Position numbers and translations under genes: made by a program. DNA of 64,000 bases from Pristiophorus japonicus (lineage: Eukaryota): NCBI RefSeq assembly GCF_044704955.1, contig NC_091977.1:321160001-321224000 (forward strand). Reading direction: 5' to 3'. Positions 24,919-37,200 of the stretch are shown here, piece after piece. The notes beneath the pieces were generated by a model, which saw nothing but the letters and a program-made list of their open reading frames with translations, was not told where the DNA came from and made no database searches. How positions within the stretch are numbered: the first letter of the stretch is position 1; every line of letters begins with the position of its first letter.

Positions 24919-25953
24919 TTCTCTCCGGAATCAACCTTCTCTGAACAGCCTCCAATGCAAATATATCCTTCCTTAAATATGAAGACCAAAACCGCACGCA
25001 GTACTCCAGGTGTGGCCTCACCAATACCCTGTATAGTTGTAGCAGGACTTCATTGCTTTTATACTCTACCCCTCTTGCAATAAAGGACAACATTCCATTT
25101 GCCTTCCTGATTACTTGCTGTACAGTAATACTAACTTTGTGTTTCATGCACAAGAACTCCCAGGTCCCTCTGTACTGCAGCACTTTGCAGTTTTTCTCCA
25201 TTTAAATTATAATTTGCTTTTCTATTTTTTCTGCCAAAGTGGATAACTTCACATTTTCCCACATTATACTCCATCTGCCAAATTTTTGCCCACTCAGCCT
25301 GTCTATATCCCTTTGCAGATTTTGTGTGTCCTCCTCACAATTTGTATCCCACCCATCTTTGTATCATCAGCAAGCTTGGCTACATTACACTCGGTCACTT
25401 CATCCAAGTCACTAATATAGATTGTAAATAGTTGAGGACCCAGCACCGACCCCTGCGGCACCCCACGAGTCACTGTTTGCCAACCGGAAAATTACACATT
25501 TATCCCGACTCTGTTTTCTGTTCGTTAGCCAATCCCCTAACCCAGTGAGCTTTTATCTTGTGCAGTAACCTTATGTGGCACCTTATTGAATGCCTTCTGG
25601 AAATCCAAATACACCACATCCACTGGTTCCCCCTTATCCATCCTGCTCGTTACATCCTCAAAGAACTCCAGCAAATTTGTCAAATATTTGATTTCCCTTT
25701 CATAAAACCATGCTGACTCTGATTGAATTATTGCTTTCCAAATGTCCCACTACTGCTTCCTTAATAATGGACTCCAGCATTCTCCCAACGACAGATGTTA
25801 GGCTAACTGGTCTATAGTTTCCTGCTTTTTGTCTGCCTCCTTTTAAAAAGGGGAGTTACATTTGCAGTTTTCCAATCCGCTGGGACCGCTCCAGAATCCA
25901 GGGAATTTTGATAGATTACAACCAATGCATCCACTATCTCTGCAGCCACTTCT
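24919..25953 (-). mobile_element. Second CR1 RT fragment abutting the previous copy
   Basis: Repeats the same RT region ([20 protein letters not shown]) and lacks its own 3' end. Confidence 0.85.
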
Positions 25954-26789
25954 ATAGTCTGGTATTATTTTCAAATTTATGAATTTGCCTTGAGTGTTTG
26001 AATCCCAAGTCTTTGCTGGAAATGAGAAACTGTTGTGGCCCCAATACCTATCTCCCTGGGTCACCTCATGGAGCACTCTTTCCCGTGCAACCCCGCCCCT
26101 CCACCTCTCTCCCTCCCTTCCCCCACCCACCCCCCTGCCCGCCGCTACCTCCACTGTAACGTAACTCCTAAAAAGCACCCACTGCTTTTTTACTCTTCAA
26201 CCAATTTCTTATGCATTCCCAGTCGATATCCTGAATAGGATTCCAATAAGGGGTAACACGTATTGCATCACCAACCTGCCTTCCAAATTATAAATTTGTT
26301 TAGGTCAGTGACTTCATAAGCACTACCACTAAATAATGTATTTCGACAAGACTACAGAAAGTAAGATTTAAGCCCCGGTGTGTTCCTGGTAGCTGCTGAA
26401 GATATAACCGCAATACAGAAAGGCAGCCAGATACTTGCCTAATTAAACTGTACATGTACCGCTGATGACTGCAGATACTTTTCTGGGCAGCAGCAATATT
26501 TCCATCAGCAAATAAAGCCAATAATCTGCCAAAATACAGATCAAGGGGGAGAAAAAAAAAAGATGCTCTAGATCAGAAAAAAGCAGTATTTTACAGATAG
26601 TGGTGCAGTAACTCAACTTCCCCTGCAATCTTCCCATTTTTGGGCAATTTTCCAGCAGCTTTGAGATCAATCTTGCCAAGGCCACCATACTAAATGTGGT
26701 ATTATAGGCACAGAAGGTATCACTCCTTTAGTTTATACAAGTTTCATAGATTTTCTTGATATTAACAGTTAATAATGATTTTTTTTTTT

Positions 26790-27010
26790 ACATAGCATTA
26801 CATGAAATTTACAGCACAGAAACAGGCCATTCAGCCCAACCAGTCCATGCTGGCATTTATGCTCCACTCGAGCCTCCTCTTATCCTTCCTCAACTAGCTA
26901 TCAGCATAACCCTCTATTCCCTTTTCCGTCATATGCTTATCTAGCTTCCCCTTAAAAGCATCTATACTATATGAGTCAACTTCTCCCTGTTGTAGCAAAT
27001 TCCACATTCT
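26790..27010 (-). mobile_element. CR1-type 3' end fragment
   Basis: acagcacagaaacaggccattcagccc...cccttaaa, shared with the copies at about 42155, 50930 and 56640. Confidence 0.7.
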
Positions 27011-27019
27011 CTTTTTTCT

Positions 27020-27540
27020 CCTTCGTTCCTGGGATATGAGCGTCATTGGCAAGGCCAGCATTTATTGCCCAACCAGAATTGCCCTCGAGAAGATGGTGAT
27101 GAGCTGTGTTCTTGAACCGCTGCAGTCGGTGTGGTGAAGGCACTCCCATACTGCTGTTAGGGAGGGAGTTCCAGGATTTTAACCGACCAATGATGAAAGA
27201 ACGGTGATATATTTCCAAGTCAGGATGGTGTGTAACTTGGAGGGGACCTTGTAGGTGGTGATGTTCCCATGCGTCGGCTGCCTTTATTCTTCTAGGTGTA
27301 GAAGTTGTGGGTTTGGAAGGTGCTGTTGAAGAAGTTTTGGCGAGTTGCTATAATGCATCTCATCTTTTCGATGGTACACACTGCAGCCAAAGTGTGTCAG
27401 TGGTGGAGGGAGTGAATGTTTAAGGTGGTGGATGGGGTGCTAATCAAGTGGACTGCTTTGTCCTGGATGGTGTTGAACTTCTTGAGTGCTATTGGAGCTG
27501 CACTCATCCAGGCAAATGGAGAGTATTCCATCACACTCCT
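27020..27540 (-). mobile_element. L2/Crack-like LINE 3' fragment (same family as 53153-54630)
   Basis: MEYSPFAW..IQDKAV..WNSLPNS; 3' end gggcaataaatgctggcc. Confidence 0.8.
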
Positions 27541-27544
27541 GCTT

Positions 27545-27848
27545 CCCACCTTCACCTCATCCAAAACTCAGCTGCCCGTATCCTAACTTGCACCATGTCC
27601 CGTTCACCCATCACCTTTGTGATCGCCGACCTACACTGGCTCCCAGTCTGGCAATGCACTAGACTTTAAAATTCTTATTCTTGTTTTCTATCCTTCCATG
27701 GCCTCACCCTTCCCCATCTCTGTAACTTCCTCCAGCCCCGTAACCCTCTGGGATCTCTGCGCTCCTCCAATTCTGGCCTCTTGCACATCGCCGATTTTCG
27801 TCGCTCTGCCATTGGTGGCCGTGCCTTCAGTTGCCTAGGGTCTAAACC
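27545..27848 (+). mobile_element. L2 LINE fragment
   Basis: IQNSAARILT..PITFVIADLHWLPV. Confidence 0.8.
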
Positions 27849-28399
27849 TTCTTTCACCACCAATTCATTCTTGTAGCACAAGCACATCCACTGCTAGAAG
27901 CTCCCAAGTTTGAATGTCTTGCTATCCACTTGAAACAGTTCTCTTTTACCATAGCCCACGCCACCTTCACACATGGACTTCTTCAACGGCACTTTGCGGT
28001 ATATTATAACCCTCATTTCAGTTTCAATTTTTACAGGATAAAGCAGGTCACAAATGGTAGTGCTAAACCACAGAAAGGTTAGAAACCCTTCATAAAAGGA
28101 CCTCATTCCGTACAAGAAGCAGGCGATTTTCATCTAGGGACAATGATTCCCGGAGATTGTGGGAGATGGAGAAGTTGGAAATGCTAGTATCCCAAGCCCA
28201 CTTTCTAGAGCACTGCAATAAAACATCCTATGAGGAAAAACTCTCGCACAATATTTCCAGGAACACTGAAAACATGCAAGACCCTTGCTTATCCAATATT
28301 AGTGTAAATATTCCAAGTTCTTTTTATGTCTATGCAAGATCTTCTCAGGCTTCCCAAGCTGGCCTGCCCAGGACTCACCTGGACAACATCCCAAAAGAA

Positions 28400-28757
28400 G
28401 TACTTATCCAATCATATAAGATAATGAGGGGGCTCGACGAGGTGTATAGAGAGGATATTTTCACTCATAGGGGAAACTAAAACTAGGGGACATAGTCTCA
28501 GAATAAGGGGTCGCTCATTTAAAACTGAGATGAGGAGGAATTTTTTCTCTCAGAGAGCTGTGGAGGCTAGGTCATTGAATATATTTAAGGCGGAGATAGA
28601 CAGATTTTTGAGCGATAAGGGAATAAAGGGCTATGGGGTGCGGGCAGGGAAGTGGAGTCGAGTCCATGATCAGATCAGCAATAATCTTATTAAATGGCGG
28701 AGCAGGCTTGAGGGGCCAATGGCCTACTCCTGCTCCTATTTCTTATGTTCTTATGTA
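28400..28757 (+). mobile_element. CR1 3' end
   Basis: YKIMRG..FKTEMRRNFFSQR; tttcttatgttcttatg tail. Confidence 0.85.
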
Positions 28758-29109
28758 CCAGACCAACATTGCACTTATCTACTCAGATACATCCATCCTG
28801 GAAAGTTTAAACAAACATATGAAATTGACAGGCATGAAAAGACCATCAAGCCTGCCCTTCACACCAGGATGACTGGAGCATCAGGACTAAAATCTTCCTC
28901 CCTCCATTTAATTATTTTATAGGGTTCTCTCAAGTCACTTTGGAGTCTACGCTGCTCTAAAGTAAATAGGCAAAGGTGCTTGAGCCTAAACAGCAGGAAG
29001 GCAACACCAGTGGTGAGTCACAGTGGACAGGAGCAGGAACAGATGGGTGAAGAGCAACTGGGAGACCCTCATTGGAGGGAGAGGTCACCCTCTCTTTCCA
29101 GTTGCGGAG

Positions 29110-29500
29110 AACAACAACAACTTGCATTTAGATAGCGCCTTTAATGTAGCAAACCATCCCAAGGTGCTTCACAGGTGTATCATCAAACAGAATTTGACAC
29201 CTAGCCACATGAGGATATATATTAGGGCAGATGACCAAAAGTTTGGTCAAAGAGGTAGGTTTTAAGGAGTGTCTTAAAGGAGGAGAGAGAGGCGGGTATT
29301 CCAGAGCTTAGGGTCTAGGCAGCTGAAGGCACGGCCACCAATGATGGAGCGATTAAAATTGGGGGATACACAAGAGGCCAGAATTGGAGGAGTGTAGAGA
29401 TCGCGAAGGGTTGTAGGACTGAAGGACTGAACAAGGTTACAGAGACAGGGAGGGGCCAATGCCATGGAGGCATTTGCAATAAGGATGAAAATTTTACATT
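29110..29500 (-). mobile_element. L2 LINE 3' end
   Basis: aacaacaacaacttgcattta tail; GGRAFSCLDPKLWN. Confidence 0.82.
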
Positions 29501-30527
29501 TTAAACCAGATCTCCATGACCCAGCCTTTAAGGATGCATTCTGAGCACAACAGAATGTCAGGAGCCTTGATGGAGCTGGCTGGAAGCTTCTCAACAAATG
29601 GCAGCATTGAGCCAGTCACATGAGGAGGATACGGAGGGTCAGATTCCAAAGCCTGCAGATACCCTTGGATAAAGGAGCAATTTGTGGGCCACACCACCAA
29701 AAACAACTCAAACAATTGCCATCCCAGCTTACGGTTACACTTTCACCACATCACTAGGCATAGTTACCAAAGATCTTGTCTAAATGATGTATGTGGTGGA
29801 AATGGGCTTCCATGAAGTAATTGGAACCATCAGGTCTGCGGAGGATGGCGGGGGGGGGGGGCGGTGGTGAATATGGCCGTGGAAGGCGAAAGTCTCTTGC
29901 AGGACAGCAGTACTTCTACACGACTCCCGCAACCCCATCTGTGACTGTCAGAGAGCCAGGAGGCAGGCTGGTTCAGACTATATCCATATCTTTGGATAGC
30001 TCACATCCTGGGTGTCCATGTGCAAGGAGATTGGGGACCACCTTGTTCTCAGTGCCATGTTCCAGAGACACAACTTAATCCTCCTCTTTTAGTCTCCTGT
30101 AAGTGGAGATCTGTGTTGAAGAAGCATCCTGATAGGTTAAGTGTGGAGCCAGAACAACACCATGGAACAAGTGGGCAAGAAGGAAGCATCATGGTGATAT
30201 AAACAGTCACACAAAACTCCTATTGGAATAAATCACAGACGCAACTCTATTATTATTCTATTCGAGCTTCTTTTCTTCACTGCAGATGTGCAGGGAAATC
30301 CAGTGAGGGTGTGTACACTGAAACTTTGGAATACGAGGAGAGTGCTGGAAGCATTCTCACGGTTTAGATTATGAGATGGACTAATAATGTGCAATAATTC
30401 CTATTACCAAATGTATTTTGTAGTATACGATGCATCACGACTGCAGGGAAACAATATTTAAGTCAAACAATTCTTTTCTTGTACACTTGCAAAGTACATA
30501 CTTCAAATGAACTTAAAGAAAAAAATA

Positions 30528-30625
30528 AAGTCTTACATTTATACAGCGCCTTTCACGACCTCAGGATGTCCCAAAGCGCTTTACAGTCAATTTTTGAAGT
30601 GTAGTCACTGTGGTAATCTAGGAAT
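30528..30625 (-). mobile_element. Deu-domain SINE 3' fragment
   Basis: agcgcctttcacgacctcaggatgtcccaaagcgctttacag matches the 40368 copy. Confidence 0.7.
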
Positions 30626-31515
30626 ACTGAAGTATAACTGGCATATAATATGGATCAGTAATTTTGCCTGGTAATAGGTTGCTTTGCACAAGCATAAGTT
30701 AATATTGTTTACATCTATTGAAGAGAAAACTGTATTATTCATCAGTATTCTATTGTTCTATTATCTCACTATTCCTCCCCATCCAAATCATCTCATCAAA
30801 AACCTACAAAGCTCTATACAATGGCAAAGTTTGATACTGTTCTGACTGGTGCTGGGAACTTAATGCTGCAATTCCTACACAAAAAGGTCGCAGTGTCATT
30901 TATGGATAGTTACCATACTTTAGCTATCACATTAACTGGATCGTGAATAGAATGAGCATATATCGTCAAACAGAAAAAGTGAACTGTATTCAGCAATACT
31001 GAACCTGGTGGACATACCCTGATCTTAAGTGTATCCACTGCAAACATATTTTACATTTTAAATTATAGAACAAATCTTAATGGATAAAGAATGATTAACT
31101 ATCAAAACACAAGGGAAATTAAGTGCTGAGAAGCCTGCATTGATTATTTTAAATTATTGGGCTTAGAACATAATGTATCTTTGACTCTCTTTTGGATTTG
31201 GTATGCTTTTAGTGAGCTTTAGCACATTTACAAGACTTATGGATTATAATTACAAGGGAATTCAGGTAATAGACACATCAGTTATAGGTAACGTGCCTTA
31301 ACCGGACAATTGCATAAAGACTTGCAACATGTTCACCACTTGAGCAGACTTATCAATAAGCATCAAATAATATGAACACTTGCTCCTGGGCCTCTGAAAT
31401 CCAAGACTGCTAAAGTAACTATCAATTTAAAAATGAGTGTTTCGAAAGGGAGAGAGAATTATATTCTGGTCTCATATGCAAGGTTAAGTAGCTTCTTGAA
31501 GTCATGTCACATACA

Positions 31516-34052
31516 AGAACATAAGAAATAGGAGCTGGAGTAGGCCATTCGAGCTTGCTCCACCATTCAACAAGATAATGGCTGATCTTCTACCTCAACT
31601 CCACCTTCCCGCACTATCCCTATATCGCTTAATTCCCAAACATTTATCAATCTCGGTCTTGAATATACTCAACGACTGAGCATCCACAGCTCTAGAGTAG
31701 AGAATTCCAAAGATTCACAAACCTTTGAGTGAAGAAATTTCTCTTCATCTCAGTCCTAAATGGCCGACTCCTTATTCTGAGACTATGACCCCGTCTTCTA
31801 GATTCCCCAGCCAGATCACCTCTCATTCTTCTAAACTCTAGGGGATATAGGCCTAGTCTACTCAATCTCTCCTCATAAGGCAATCCCTTCATCCCAGGTA
31901 CCAGTCTAGTGAACCTTCATTGAACTCCCTCAAAGGCAAGTACGTCTTTCCTTAGTTAAGACCAGAACTGTACACAATACTCCAGGTGTGGCCTCACCAA
32001 TGCACTGTTTAATTGTAGTAAGACTTTTTACTCTTATACTTTTAATCCCTTTGTAACAAAAGCTAACATACCATTGGCTTTCCTAATTGCTTGCTGTACC
32101 TGCATGTTAACTTTGTGATTCATACGCAAAGACACCCGGATCCCTCTGGATGCAAACATTTCCCCGTCTCTCACCATTCAAAAAATATTCTGCTTTTTTG
32201 TTTTTCTTACTAAAGTGGATAACTTCACAATTCCCCACATTGTATTCCATTTGCCATGTTCTTGCCCACTCAGTCAACCTACCTATATCTCTCTGCAGTC
32301 TCTTTGCGTCCTCCTCACAGCTTACTTTCCCACCTAACTTTGTATCATCAGCAAACTTGGATATGCTACACTCAGTTCCTTCATCCAAGTCATTAATATA
32401 GATTGTAAATAGCTGAGGCCCAAGCACTGCTTCGCTAGTTACAGCCTGCCAACCTGAAAAAGTCCCGTTTATTCCTCCTCTATGTTTTCTGTCTCTTAAC
32501 CAATCTTCAATCCATGCTAATATATTGGGCTGGAATTTAATCAAAAACCGCCACCACTGTTCACCGCCCCAAAAAAACGGCATGATTATTCAATTAAGAA
32601 CGGCGGAAAATTAATCAAAAAATGGAAAAAAATCCACCCGGCGGGAAAAATCGCCATTGCACGTGGATTCTTGGCGGAAAACGCGATCCTCGTCAAATTT
32701 AGTCTGAGGCGAAAAGTTGGGCCTAAATTGCAAAACATTCGCAGGACCCTTTTCCAGTGAATCGCTGCAAAAGAATTTAAAAAACAAACTTTAACTTACC
32801 TTTTTTTTTGCAGGGTTTCATACCTACCGCCGATCGAAGGGCTGCACCGGCTGGTTTCTCCTCGGCGTTTTTTCCCCCACCAATTACGGATCACCACTAC
32901 CACCAACTTGGGCGGAAGCGTTTTTTCGTGTTGCACGCCGGCGGTCCGATCCCCAGCGGTACTTCAAAACCGTCGACGGAACACTTTGATGAAATTTCCA
33001 GCGGATGGTTTTACACCAAAAACGAGGAATACCGTCTGATGAAATTCCAGCCCATTATCCCCAATCCCATGAGTCCTAATTTTGTGTAATAACCTCATGT
33101 GTGGCACCTTATCGAATGCTTTTTGAAAATCCAAATGCACTATATCCACTGGTTCCCCCTTATCCATCCTACTAGTTACATCTTCAATAAACTCTAACAG
33201 ATTTGTTAAACATGATATCCCTTTCATAAAACTATGTTGACCCTGCCTAATCATATTATGATTTTCTAAGTGCCCTGTTCCCACATCCCTAATAATAAAT
33301 TCTAGTATTTTGCCTACTACTGATATTCGCTAACTGGCCGAAAGTTCCCTGTTTTTTCTCTTCCTCCTTTTTAAAAAAAAAAATAGCGGGGTAATATTTG
33401 CTACCTTCCAATCCTTGGAGACTGATCTAGGGAATTCTGGAAGATTAATACCAGTACATCCACAATCTCTGCAGCTACCTCTTTTAAAATCCTAGGATGC
33501 AGGCCGTCAGGTCCAGGGGATGTGTCGCCACTTACTCACATTAATTTCTCCAGTACAATGTCTTTACTTAAACTGATTTCTTTAAGTTTCTTATTCTCTC
33601 TAGACCCTTGGTTCCACTTTATTTCCAGAATGTTTTTTGTGTCTTCTACTGTGAAGACAGATACAAAGTATTTGTTTAATGTCTCTGCCATTTCTTTATT
33701 GCCCATTATGATTTATCCTGTCTCTGTCTCTAATGGTACCACATTTACTTTCACTAATCTCTTCCTATTTACATACCTATAGAAACGTTTACAATCTGTT
33801 TTAATGTCTCTTGCTAATATGCTCTCATGTTCTTTTTTCTTTTTCATTATCAATTTCTTGGTCCTCCTTTGTTGAATTCTAAAATCCTCCCAATCTTCAG
33901 GCTTACTACTCTCTTTGGCAACATTATAAATCTCTTCTTTTGATCTAATACTATCTTTAACTTCTCATTAGCCACGGTTGGACCACTTTTCCTGTAGGAT
34001 TTTTGTGCCTTAAAGGAATGTATATTTATTTTAAATTATATATTAATTCTTT
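31516..34052 (-). mobile_element. CR1 LINE, 5'-truncated, interrupted by a MITE
   Basis: RT motifs [13 protein letters not shown] and [12 protein letters not shown]; aagaacataagaa tail at 31516. Confidence 0.9.
32527..33053. mobile_element. PIF/Harbinger-type MITE, 527 bp, CpG-rich
   Basis: TIR gggctggaattt(a/c)atca (16/17 match); 3-bp TSD ATT; removing it restores the CR1 sequence ctaatatattatcccc. Confidence 0.9.
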
Positions 34053-34251
34053 ACACTACATCTCATACCACAGTTGAGAACCTGCCCGTGAACAGAACTT
34101 TTCCCTGTCCACAAATGGGAGGAAGTCTCCACAGTTTTTCACAGATCATCCTTCAGAGTAGGTACATATTGCTGCAATCGATTTTCTAGAATTAACAAAA
34201 ACATGGGGGGCGGGAACTTCAAGTAAATAATGTCAACATTGACATACGTAC

Positions 34252-37200
34252 CAGTATGAGTGCGGATGTGAGCAAGAAACGCCAGTGAATTGCTGCTCTT
34301 GCAGGCCTTTCCACAATACTTGCAGACGTTGCCTTGATTCTCCTGCCGCTCACAGTTTATCTGTTCCGTGTCTTCCACAATGTACTTATTCACTTCCCTC
34401 AGCATTTCCTCATGCTTCTGCTTGATGTGCACAAAGAGGTCCTGCTCGGAATCAAAAGGTGTGCTGCACTTGACGCACTTGAAGGTGGCGCCGCCTTCTG
34501 GCAGCTCTTCAATGCTCACCTGTTCGATTCTCTGGTGACCCACACTGGCCAAATGCTGGTGCAAGTTACTCTCTGTGTAAAACGACTTGCCACACAGCAA
34601 GCAGTGGAAATGTTTTTCTGCTGAAGGATGCTTCATGGCAATGTGAACATTCAACCCACTTATACCATCAGCCAGGAACCCACAGTCCTCACAGGGAATA
34701 CGTTTTGGATCGTGCAACGAAGATCCTTCGGTTTTCCTCTTCCTCGCAACTGGCGAAGGATTAGTCTTGTAAACTGCAACCGTCCACTCATTGGGTGAGA
34801 TTCCATCGGGTCCCTGGCTATCTTCACTATTGTCAGTGCACTCAGATTTTTCAACTCTGAACTTGTTTTTTAATCTTACTATGCAGGCATCAAACTCAAA
34901 ATATTTTTGCAATCCCTTACTCTGGAAATCCAGCTTTGTAAGGCCATCACTGGTACTCTCAGTTACTTCCAAGGCATCACTTTCCAATTCTTGGCTCATT
35001 TCATTTGCACTTTTCGTATCCCAGTTCTTCTCTCTTAATGCTGCTTCAACTTTGTTTTGTGCATCTAACAGAGCCTCATCCACTTCAAAATCATGTTGGT
35101 GCTCAGTGTCATCCTGCCTTGACACCTCTGCTGTAGTCGGCTCTATGATGTCTTCATAGTTACTATCAATTTGTTGTACAAGGTTAACTTGGAAGTGATC
35201 AGAGTTCTCAGGCTGCTGAAGACTTGCAACTTTCAGATGTCCATCTTCAATTTGTTCTGTAATGCTACCTTCACTACCTTCTGCGAGGGCTGAAAGTTCT
35301 AATTGCACTCTTTTTTGTTTTGTCAAACCATTGTAATTTGGCAGGTTTTCATCTGTATCATTTGGTGCGTTATCACAGTTCGATCTTATTTCCGTTGTCA
35401 CCTCAGTCGGTTTAAAATTATGTTCTTCTTTCTGTCTCTCGTCAACCTGGGAACCTGCTTGTAAATCGTCATCTTCTGTCTGAGAAGCTTCAACACTTAA
35501 ATCAATATTATCGTTACTCTTCACACTGGTTTTCTGCAATGTGACAATGTCTACACAACACCTGCTCGAATCTTCCTCAATGCGTACCTCAGAAATCTGA
35601 TTTTGGGTTGCTTCCAGTACCGCTGACTTTACTGGTGCAGAATTCAATTCTGCAGAATGACCCTCAGTGTCTAAAGATACATCTGAGTGCGCAGTATTTG
35701 CCTCTAATATTCCAGATTCAGCTTCAGAGCAAATTTCTGAATTACACACAGTTGGCAGAGTCTGAACATTTTCTTCTTTAGCCAATTCATTTTGCAATGA
35801 TTTTTCCTCACTTTCTGCCGTCTTAAACACTGCTATTGTCTCTTTCGAAGCACTGGCTACTTCATCGCTTTCTGGTGCTTCCTCAATTTCAATGATATGT
35901 AAAGCAAATACCTGGGTAGCATCTTGAGGAATTTCTGAAGCTTCCTCTTCTTCATTCCAACTCCCTTTATCCAGAAAATCCTCATTCTCTTCCTTCTGAA
36001 TTCCATTCTGTGATGCATCGGTCACCGGTGTGCTGGATTCACTCACTTCATATTGTCCTTTATCCTGATTTAATTTGAGGTAGGACTGACTTTTAAGCTT
36101 ATGCTTCTCTGTAAATGCATGTCTCATCATTTCACGCCGAGTGACAGCGTAGTAATCGCACGCCATGCAATAGTAGTCAAAATCTTTAGTGTGCTTACGT
36201 TTGACGTGTAACTCAAGAGTAGCGAGGGAGTAAGCAACAAAGCCACAGTACACACAAGTATTAGCATGGTTTCCTTTGAGTCGTTTTGAACTGGATGAAC
36301 TTTCATCTTGCACTGTATTATTTGGTTCCACATCAAGAACTGCCTCCGTGAATTTTTGATTTTTCACATTCTGTTGATTTTGTGCAGACAGAAGACTCTC
36401 TAAATTTACACAAGTACAGTTCTCAGTGCTCCCAGACTGGCTCTCTGCATCAGGAATCTCTGGTTCCAAAACTTTGCTGCTGTTTTCAACACATTCAGCT
36501 GAAGTAAGTGCAGCAGCGTCAGTCTCAATCACTTGTGGGTTACCCTTGTTAGGGGATACAGTAATTTTTCTGCAGATTTCAACAGTCTTGGAGACATCAG
36601 CCCGATTTTTGTGTTTCTTGGTGTTGCAGTGACGGTCCATGTCTCCTTTGGTGACAGTGTAATAGTTGCAGGCCTTGCAGAAGTAGCTGTATTGGTGACT
36701 GTGTTTCCGCCTTATATGAATGTTCAGGTTTGTGACACTGGAAGCCAACAGACCGCAGTAAGGGCAAGTTCTCGAAATATTTCCTTTGGGGCGCCCTCTT
36801 TTAATGCTTTCTGCTAACTGAAGATCACTGTCTTTTTGAACATTTTCCACATTGCTTGCATCACCTTCTGATATCTCCCAAGTTACAACAAATTCCTCTT
36901 TGGATTTTGATGGCTCAAGCACCTGAACACAGCCTTTATCTATTTCAGTATAAACATTTCCTAAACCCCCAGGGGTCTTCATGGTTTTTTGAACATGCTG
37001 AACCCCAAGAGAAACTTCTTCCACGCACTCCTCCACCGATGGGCCAAGATTTCTTTTCTTAGCATTCTCAATGTGCCTACTCCGTTTAATATGTTTTTCC
37101 ATGGCTTCCTTGCTAATCGTGTAGAGGCTGCACACTTTACAAAGAAAGTGATACTCTTGTGCATGTCTCAGTCTTATATGTTTCAAAAGCACTGTGGCTG

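Larger units (their letters stand above)
1669..34251 (-). other. ZNF407: ZNF407 intron, 32,583 nt, GT-AG
   Basis: Bounded by the donor at 34251 and the acceptor at 1669; phases match. Confidence 0.9.

Noticed and set aside
24140-25201. 353-aa ORF that looks like a circularly permuted reverse transcriptase
   Set aside because: Chance in-frame junction of two adjacent CR1 fragments at about 24918.
32527-33053. CpG island or promoter
   Set aside because: CpG richness coincides exactly with a MITE bounded by TIRs and a TSD.
34139-34251. Last 37 aa of the 1862-aa ORF as the true ZNF407 C-terminus
   Set aside because: It lies beyond a phase-compatible GT donor; homology continues in the 1554-1668 exon. 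Kept only as a possible minor isoform.
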